A DNA stretch of 64,000 nt from Rhynchopus sp. YZ270_cl-10 (taxonomy: Eukaryota): positions 372,001-436,000 of the forward strand of contig OZ037839.1 of NCBI GenBank assembly GCA_964035575.1. Reading direction: 5' to 3'. Position numbers and translations under genes: made by a program. The notes beneath the pieces are model-generated. The model saw nothing but the letters and a program-made list of their open reading frames with translations. It was not told the origin of the DNA and searched no databases. Positions 56,386 to 64,000 of the stretch are shown piece by piece (the first letter of the stretch is position 1; each line of letters opens with the position of its first letter).

Positions 56386-58618
56386 TTAGTTCCTGTCTTT
56401 TTTGGATCTCTTCTTGGATAGTTTGGAGACCTGTCTCTGTGCCCGGCATTTGTCTTTTCTCATGTCGGAGATCTCTTGTTGGAATTGCACACGCTCGCCA
56501 CGTACTTCCTGAGAATAAAAAAAAGAATGTTTTGGCGCATTGGGGTTTTGGTGTTGGCCTAGAAGGACCTAATAATTCAAAAATTATTACGCGTCCACTC
56601 GACGTTTGGATAAAGAAAACTAGAGATGAAAGGGGGTTTGGGGGGAAGAGTTTAATTCTTGAACGCATCCCCACACTCAGTCACACGGGGTCGATATATA
56701 CACGGGGTCGATATTGACAGGTCGCTGACAGGGACTTTATAGACACCCCCCCCTGATATTGACCGTCGCATGTACACACGCGGTGGCCAACACCTCAGCA
56801 AGGAGAGGGACCTCGTTTTCCACATATGACCTCGTCCGGAAACCCCCCAGCCCAAAATCATCTAATTTGGGTTTTTTGGTGTTTTACCAGAAATTTCCGA
56901 AGCACCAAAAGATGGAAGTTAAAATACACAATTTGAATGCACCCTCAGAAAACAACAACAACAACAACAACTACATACCCTGTTGAGTGCGATGACCTCC
57001 GCCTCGAAGTTCATGTTGTCCTCATGCTTGAGCTGTGTCTCCTCGTTGTTCTGGTAGAGGACGCGCTCGACCTTTTCGACAAGCGTGTCGATGGTGGACG
57101 CCTTCTCCTGGACGATGATGTCCTTCAGCTCCACAGAGTTGTTGATCGCCTCCACGTCGCGTGCCAGGAGCTCGTACAGGCCAACGTCGACACTCTCATC
57201 TGCAGGCAGAATGGTCTCGATGTCGAGCGAGCAGACCGGCTCCTCGACCGTCTGCACAGTTCCCTTGAGACGCGAGGACACTGCTTCCGTCATCTTCAAA
57301 TCTGCAACTGCGTGGGTGATCATGTCGGCACGCTTCTGAAGATGCGCGAGACGGAAGCTCTGTGCCTTGACAGCCTTGTCCTGTGTGCGGCGCATCTCAA
57401 CGTGCTCATTGATCTTGCGCTTGAGGAACATATTGTCGGCAGTGAGGGAGTTGATGGATCCGTCGTCGTTGCTTGTCTCTAGCCTGCTGATGACGCGGTC
57501 GGCGCGCAGGTGCTCGCGTCTGTAGTGTTCGTACTCCTCCGTCGCAGAGGAGAGCTCAGCGTTCTGTGCGTTGAGCTTGCTGCACAGTTGGAACATCTTC
57601 TCGTTCGTCTCGTCGAAGTCGCTCTCTTGACTGTGCAAGTGTGAGATGACCTTGTCCTTGTGGTTCACAATCTCTTTGTTCATCTTCAGCTCGCAGCGCA
57701 CCTTCTGAACCAGGAAGGTCAGTTCCTGAAAGTGATGTAGGTTTTAAATGATACGGTGCAAAAGGGGTTCAATAAGACATACGCGTGCAAGGGCAACCTG
57801 TTCGGATGCGGCAAGCATGCCTGCAACGTGGTAGCGCTTCCGTTTCGCCTGCTTGTGTGGCTCGATGTACCCCGTCACCGCCTTGATGCGTGCGCTCTGC
57901 ACGTCCAGCTCTTGTATCTGGTCCTCAGCGACACGATTGAGGTGCTTGCATTCGCTCACGTCGCGCTGGATCGCCTGGTACCGCATCTGCTGCAGCTTCA
58001 GGCAGTTGTCGAGTCTGTTCACCATGTCCAGGTAGTCCTCGGGCGCCACCTCCTGGCCGAGCTCTCGAAGGGTCGGGTAATTGCTAGTCTGCAGAGAGGT
58101 GGGGACATTGTTATTTGAAGATAAAAAAGGGGGTGTTAGTGGAGATCCTCGCACTCGGGAAGCGCAGCATGCAGCACATACCCCCATATTCACTTCCAGT
58201 TCGTGGATTGCGTTCTTTTCTGCGCCAAGCTCGTTTCTTCTACGTGCAACCAGAGCTTCCAGACGTTCGATCTGTGAGGTATGTACAGTAGGGGATACGT
58301 ACAATGAAAATCACGTAAAAACTTCGAGAAGGTTTTAATATTTTCCCCCTCGTGTATGATAGTGGGTACCAACTAAACAAAAGACGAACGGGGTTTTATT
58401 TTGGTACTGTCGGACGGAGCACTGCCTCAACAGTAATGCCTCGACAATCGCCAAGAAGGAAATTTTTCTACATTGGAACTAATATCATCCGAAGCCTTCG
58501 TCCCTCGCACAACGTCACGCCAATTATTTTTGTGGAGTATTGTAATTGTAATTTTGCTTGTCCATACCTCCCCTTCCTTCTCTGTCACACGCATTTGCAA
58601 GGTATCTAGCCCAGACAT
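56386..58618 (-). CDS. Five-exon coiled-coil protein (~438 aa), function unknown
   Basis: Exons 58618-58568, 58271-58182, 58088-57783, 57725-56979 and 56508-56386. All donors are GTATG, all acceptors are CAG and all introns are phase 0, giving a continuous heptad-rich reading frame. Confidence 0.82.
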
Positions 58619-59257
58619 TGCTCTTTTTCTTTCCGTTCCCTTTTGTATGCGTTCCTGCCGGCCTGTTGTATTCCTTACCCCTTTCTTTGCTTGGTCCTTC
58701 CCCCCTTATTCTTTGGTGGTGTGGTTGTGGGGGTGGGTGCGCTGAGGAGAGACATAGGCAAATGAGGGGTGGGGAGCGGTATTGATTTGGCCATTAGACT
58801 GGAGGACAATGATGTGAAGGCTCGAGGACCTTTTAACATAATACTATAGTCCAAGTTTTTTAGAAAATGAGAGAGTAAAAACAGTGCCTTGAAATACACA
58901 ACCCCTCACATGACAGTGCAGCTTTTTGGTGTTACCAGAACTCTTCCCTTTTGGGGGGTGTGTGGAAAACCACTGCCCTTTTTTCAAAAAATCGCAGTTA
59001 TCCTTCCCCTGCTGTGCGCTCATCAGAGGCGGGGAGGGCGGGGGGGAAGGGGGGGGCCTTCAAAGGGGGGTCAGATAAGATGGACCTAAGCGAAACCCTC
59101 GCGTACCTCAGTCACCAAAAGAAAGGGTTAGACACTGTGTGTATCCTCAAATACCCTTTAGGGTGTCTCTCTTCTCTGGTAACATTGCAGGGGGAGTAAA
59201 GCCGAAAAACGAACAAACAATTGCATCACAAATACGTATCACATCTCCCCTCCCCCA

Positions 59258-61309
59258 CTAGATCTCCAAGAGACTTTCGGGTGCCTCGGCTGAGCACTTC
59301 TCAGTCGAGAGTTCTGCTAAGACACTGAGGAGGTTGTCCGAGGTGTCTGCCTGCGCAAAGCGCGTCAGGGCTGTGGTGTCGGTGTGTGGGTGCGTGACCA
59401 CACGCTTTGCTATATTATCTAGTAGCGCTGCCTCGTCACGCAGATAGCAGGCCCCTTGGAGACCCACATTATGATACAGCGCCTGCGCCGCAGCTGCGTC
59501 ACGGAGACTGCACAATCTGTGATGCAGCTTTTCCCTCTCCCCAGTGCACTGCGCGGTAAGCTCCACTAATACACTGTACACTTCGGACAGCATTTCTGGC
59601 CACACATCGTCGCGGTACACTACTACCTCTAAGGAAGACAACACCGTTTCGACGTCACCAAGCATGCCACAAACGCAGAGCAACGGTTCGAACAACGTCA
59701 GACTCAGCGAGACCCCGTGGTACACCATAAAACGGACTGCCTCGGCGAGAAGGTCACGTTGTGCCTTGGCGCGAATTATGTCACCATTTCGGAGAAAATT
59801 TGCGGCACGCAATGACACCGCAACCCCCCAGAGTCGATACACCCCTGGAGGCACCATGGGAACGTCTCCAGGTAGGTATCGAAGGGTCCCTAGGTAGCGT
59901 TGTATCATCGACCATGCGACACCTGCTCCAAATCCACGGTGCGCGACGCTTTGCACCACCATGATTAACAGAAGCTCATTCGACTGAGCGCGCGCCTGCG
60001 CAAACCCTCTTCCAATCCACGGCATGGACCCTTCTCCAAACGCATACCGCCCTACCGTTGCATGCATCATAACCACCCTCCCAGCCGAGCTGGACAACGC
60101 CAAACAATGAATCATGCCAAACAAAAAGATGCGGAGGCTGTGAAAGGTGTACTTCCCAAGCGGGCGCGCATCGAAGCACATTGCAAGCTCTCTGTAGGAT
60201 CCTCGAAGACCGGCGAGGATCAACGACTTCGAATGGACACGAAGCCCTTCCGCCATTCGCCATGACGTTGCAACAGCAAACCCGAGACGTGCATTGGTGT
60301 GTTCATTTCTCGAGAGCGACGACCCGATCGTCATTGTAAAGAGCATTGGGGCAGGTTCACGGCCTGCACGAAGCAATTCTGTCATCAGGCTCTGCAGGCC
60401 TACATCGTCCCCAGCCTTGCGGTGTACTGAAAGCAGGGAGGTGGTCAACTCAAACGTCGGGGTCTCCCCCGCCCGCAGCATTTCATGGTATATCCTCCAC
60501 GCATATTCAACATCCATCCTTCGGTACGTTGAGTGCAAAACCGCGTTTCGCATTATTTGCGATATTTCCACCCCCGCGTCGCGCATCTCCTGCAAAATAA
60601 TGTTCGACTGTTCACGCGACGTACAGCAAAGTAACGGATGAGTATAAAACTCCGGAATCGCTCCAAGCTTCGTTAGTATGATGGAAGAGAGCCGCACCGC
60701 TAGCAGGAGAAGCCCTGCTTTGTGGAGAGCCGTGGTGTATGAAAGGAGAAGCCGTTCCGTGAAGAGGTGGTGGCTGGAGGCAAGGACCTCTCTCAGGATG
60801 CGGCGTACTTCAAGGTGCCCGCCGGTTTTTGCGAAGCAGGCCGCAAGGTTTTCGTACATCTGTTGGGTAGGCCGGACGCCGTCATCGAGGGCCATGCGGA
60901 AGACAGCCTCGCAACGCTGCGCCATCCCTATAATCGAAAAGTAATTCACCGCTACGGTGTACGCTTCGCTCCCCATCTCCCCTGCCTTTCGTTTCGTTTT
61001 GATATAAGAAAGCAATGCACGACGTGAATTCGTCACATATGAATAATTCTGCATCCACGACTTCTTCAAATGCTGTACATACTTCACACGAATGGTCTCC
61101 GCACACAGACGGTCCGCAGGAGACGACGCAAGCCGTTGCCGGGCCACATGCTCCCTGGCACGCCGCCGGGACGCCACCTCACGCTGCACAGCGGGGCCCC
61201 TGCTAGTCTTGGCGCGGTCCTCCACGACATTCAAACTATCATCCACGCACCGTCCCAACGCCTCTAGAATCCGTTTATTCAGCCCCACCCTTGTGGGCAG
61301 GAGAGACAT
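59258..61309 (-). CDS. Pentatricopeptide-repeat (PPR)-like protein, intronless
   Basis: Helical repeats of about 35 aa, e.g. AYTVAVNYFSIIGMAQRCEAVFRMALDDGVRPTQQMYENL and MRNAVLHSTYRRMDVEYAWRIYHEMLRAGETPTFEL. The Arg-rich N-terminus is compatible with organellar targeting. Confidence 0.75.
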   Translation of the reverse strand: MSLLPTRVGLNKRILEALGRCVDDSLNVVEDRAKTSRGPAVQREVASRRRAREHVARQRLASSPADRLCAETIRVKYVQHLKKSWMQNYSYVTNSRRALLSYIKTKRKAGEMGSEAYTVAVNYFSIIGMAQRCEAVFRMALDDGVRPTQQMYENLAACFAKTGGHLEVRRILREVLASSHHLFTERLLLSYTTALHKAGLLLLAVRLSSIILTKLGAIPEFYTHPLLCCTSREQSNIILQEMRDAGVEISQIMRNAVLHSTYRRMDVEYAWRIYHEMLRAGETPTFELTTSLLSVHRKAGDDVGLQSLMTELLRAGREPAPMLFTMTIGSSLSRNEHTNARLGFAVATSWRMAEGLRVHSKSLILAGLRGSYRELAMCFDARPLGKYTFHSLRIFLFGMIHCLALSSSAGRVVMMHATVGRYAFGEGSMPWIGRGFAQARAQSNELLLIMVVQSVAHRGFGAGVAWSMIQRYLGTLRYLPGDVPMVPPGVYRLWGVAVSLRAANFLRNGDIIRAKAQRDLLAEAVRFMVYHGVSLSLTLFEPLLCVCGMLGDVETVLSSLEVVVYRDDVWPEMLSEVYSVLVELTAQCTGEREKLHHRLCSLRDAAAAQALYHNVGLQGACYLRDEAALLDNIAKRVVTHPHTDTTALTRFAQADTSDNLLSVLAELSTEKCSAEAPESLLEI

Positions 61310-61383
61310 ATTGCAGTGTAGTGTTGAGAATGGGGAGGTCTACATAGTCTGTTGGTGTAGTGTGGGAGGGCGGTGTGGTTTTA

Positions 61384-61959
61384 ATGCCTAATGAGCGTAA
61401 TTCTTGCGCAGAATATGGCCCTTTGTGGTGTGGTGGTGATGATCCGTCCGAAACAGGCGACCTGCATACCTCGGAGGCCATGGAGGCCCTCAAGCTTTTG
61501 AGACAGAGCGGACACAACACTGCTGCAGCCATGGTGGCCATTTTCTGGATGACCCGTGCCCGTGTCAGCGACATTCGTTACGTTGTGAAGGCCGACTGGA
61601 GGGAAGTCGACAACCGAGGGGGCGAGGAGGCGGCACATCTGGTGGATGCAGAGGGGCATCGCGGCGCGTCTGCAGTGGCAACCGGCTATCTTCCTTCCCA
61701 GGGGGGCAGATTACGGCGGTTGCGGTGGAGTTTTGGCGTCACAAAGGGTTTGGTGTTCGGAGGAGATACACCACGATACGCAGTGCTGAAGCGCCAGATT
61801 CTGCACGTGATGCCGCAGCTGGATGGTCATTGGTGGACGCACTCCTTGCGCCGAGGGGTGGCGCAGCAGATGGACCTGGCGGGCACGAGCCGACTCCACG
61901 TCAAGGAGTCCCTCCGCCACCAGAGGGGTTACAGTCAAGAGAGACTGCCCGAGTTTTGA
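61384..61959 (+). CDS. Tyrosine recombinase catalytic-domain homologue, probably degenerate
   Basis: Box I FWMTRARVSDI and box II THSLRRG...LRH. The expected terminal catalytic Tyr position reads SQERL. Confidence 0.7.
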   Translation: MPNERNSCAEYGPLWCGGDDPSETGDLHTSEAMEALKLLRQSGHNTAAAMVAIFWMTRARVSDIRYVVKADWREVDNRGGEEAAHLVDAEGHRGASAVATGYLPSQGGRLRRLRWSFGVTKGLVFGGDTPRYAVLKRQILHVMPQLDGHWWTHSLRRGVAQQMDLAGTSRLHVKESLRHQRGYSQERLPEF

Positions 61960-63300
61960 AGATGGAAAAAAGGCAAGAGGGGATCGTAGTCCAGCCGACT
62001 CTGCCAGACATTTTTGAATTTTTCTTGACTTTCAGAAAAGGAACAAAAAGTCAAGAAATAGGAAAATATCCGACTTTTTCTTTTTGCAGACTTTGAACGG
62101 TAAAATTGGGTTGGGTCTGGCACAGTCGGACTACCATGCAAGGGAGGGAATACATTATTTTTTTATTTCTTCCAGATTTTTCGACCCCGCCCCTTTTTTG
62201 TCCCGATCAACCCCCTCCTCCTCCTCCCCGTGTGGAATAACACGGGGGGATGTCTTTTCCCTCCCTTGCTTGCAAAGCTTTTCAGTACACATCCTACTGG
62301 AGGGGTCTCCAGCGGTGCGTCACCTTTCGTCTCTGTACGTTGGCGAGAATGAGAGAAAAGTGTTTGTGGAAGCGTACAACTAACAAACTCTCCCCTTATT
62401 TCATTTCCCGTTTTTCCTGTGTGGGTGAAGATAGTTATTGACACCGTAGTACTTTAAGATGATCCTGAGCCTCTCGTGCTTAGTCACCTGATAAAACTTA
62501 TAATCACCGCCAATATTATTACACCCATGAAGTGCGTGCATAAGTGGGGAACAAAACCTTGGCTTGAAATACAACAGCCCTCTCGTAGCAGTGTACCATT
62601 GTGCTACTCCCCCGCTTCCACTCAAATCAATAAAAAGGTCGTCAGACGGGTGTTGAATTGGTTCCACCACCGCAAAGTATTTGTCCTATAACATCTTAAC
62701 GTACATTCTCTGTTGATTCTAAAACGGGGGAGGGGTAAAAAAGCGCGGAAGGTAAATTAGGGAAGAGGTTGAATCATTTCCCACCGCAAAGTATTTGTCC
62801 AATAAAAAAGTGAAGTTGATAGTGCAAACGCCTCAGGGACGCAGGCACTGACACTCCGCGGGTTATCGAACCCTGGAGTGTTGCGCTTGGGAGTGGTTTA
62901 CAGGGAAGCTGTAAGCAGGTATACATTCATTACCCCACCCTGACCGGGAAAAAAAAATCAGCTCTGGGGGGGCGCAACGCAGCGACGCCCCCTCCGTGCA
63001 TGGATAGAGAAAAGAGAAAAAGAGTTTTTGCAGTGCTACACAAAGACTTCCTAATGAATGAAGTTGCAGAATATTTTGTTTGTTGCTCGCACAACCACCT
63101 CGCCAGAAAAAAGCTTCTTGTACATCAATGCCACACACACACACACACACCCCTTAGGCTGGGATATGCAGAAGACATCTCCCTCAAGGGAACATATATT
63201 CTCTCTGAAGGCGATTCCCTTTTAAAAAAGATCGTTTTTTTTGAGATGATGACGAACACACTGTCGCACCTCCCCCCTTTAGCAGCGCCCCTCAGAAGCC

Positions 63301-63975
63301 TCAGCACTCCCATTCGACCTCATCCTCGTCAGCGAAGTCCGAGGCGCCAAAGTGCGCCGTGCTGACAGCACTGCGCTGGGTGATGTTTGCTGGTGTGCAG
63401 ACGCCCGTCAGCTCTGTTATCCGCGAGGCCTTCTTTGCCGCGGGCTTTGGCTTGCGTGCTGCGGAGGCACGCTTGGCGGGCGCCTTCTTGGCTGCGGGCT
63501 TGCGCTTCGCTGGCTGTGTGGCAGGTCCTTCGGATGCAGGAGTCGACTGAACATCAGTAGCAGCTGCGCCACCCCGCGCCTCCTGCTCCTTCCATGCTTC
63601 CCAGTATGCGTACGCCTGCTTGCCTGTCTTCTTCTTCCCCGCGACCAACAGCGTCCTCCGCCCCTGGATTGTCGCCCACGAGCATTTTTCGTACACCTCA
63701 GGTCCCTTGGTACCCTTCTTTCTCGAAGCCTTTGCCGCAGGTTTGCGGGACTTTGTTGTTGTGGTAGTGGTGGTTGCGGCAGGGGAGAGAAGTTTGTTCG
63801 GTGCAGCGTATTCCGTCGTCTTCTTCTTTGCGCCCATCAGCGCAGCGGCCGCTTGATTGACTGCAGCAGTGTTGTGCTGTGGCGGTGCAAAGTTGAAGGC
63901 AGAGACAAACCCAGATCCCGTCTCCGCGGGGCTACTGGAAACGGTTGCGGGTATGCCTGCTCCTGGTGCGCTCAT
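63301..63975 (-). CDS. Lys/Ala/Thr-rich low-complexity protein, probably extending beyond the window end
   Basis: 224-aa ORF with GC-rich codons and one ordered segment (YEKCSWATIQGRRTLLVAGKKKTGKQAYAYWEAWK). The frame stays open to the window edge. Confidence 0.6.
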   Translation of the reverse strand: MSAPGAGIPATVSSSPAETGSGFVSAFNFAPPQHNTAAVNQAAAALMGAKKKTTEYAAPNKLLSPAATTTTTTTKSRKPAAKASRKKGTKGPEVYEKCSWATIQGRRTLLVAGKKKTGKQAYAYWEAWKEQEARGGAAATDVQSTPASEGPATQPAKRKPAAKKAPAKRASAARKPKPAAKKASRITELTGVCTPANITQRSAVSTAHFGASDFADEDEVEWEC

Positions 63976-64000
63976 GCCCGGGGTGGTGCGTTTGCTGACT

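Noticed and set aside
62850..62885. GGTTCGA B-box-like hairpin on the minus strand
   Set aside because: No cloverleaf or A-box support; too short to call.

Overview
This is eukaryotic (protist-like) genomic DNA, with canonical GT-AG introns, mostly minus-strand genes and very dense transposon content; a euglenozoan/diplonemid-like host is only an impression. Host genes: a partial Pro-rich gene; a tandemly duplicated block carrying a ubiquitin-like (Ubl)+WD40 gene and an intronless, bacterial-looking oligopeptidase B; a FkbM methyltransferase; three tandem Ubl+LRR genes differing in repeat number; a spliced CCCH-zinc-finger/MLLE-like gene; a five-exon coiled-coil gene; a PPR-like gene head-to-head with a degenerate tyrosine recombinase; and a Lys/Ala-rich ORF. 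The standout feature is an apparently intact 7.76-kb non-LTR retrotransposon (34888-42647, 18-bp TSD) inserted into one Ubl-LRR gene. Its ORF1 carries a degenerate RNase H-like fold plus an OTU protease domain with catalytic Cys/His. Its ORF2 lacks an initiating AUG and encodes APE, RT, a zinc knuckle and three unusual Cys/His repeats. The window also holds nested non-autonomous DNA transposons (TA, 3-bp, 4-bp and 8-bp TSD classes), CCTAGG-associated MITEs, two large foldback palindromes, GTAC-based satellites and an intron-associated repeat. All domain calls come from motif recognition by eye, not from searches.
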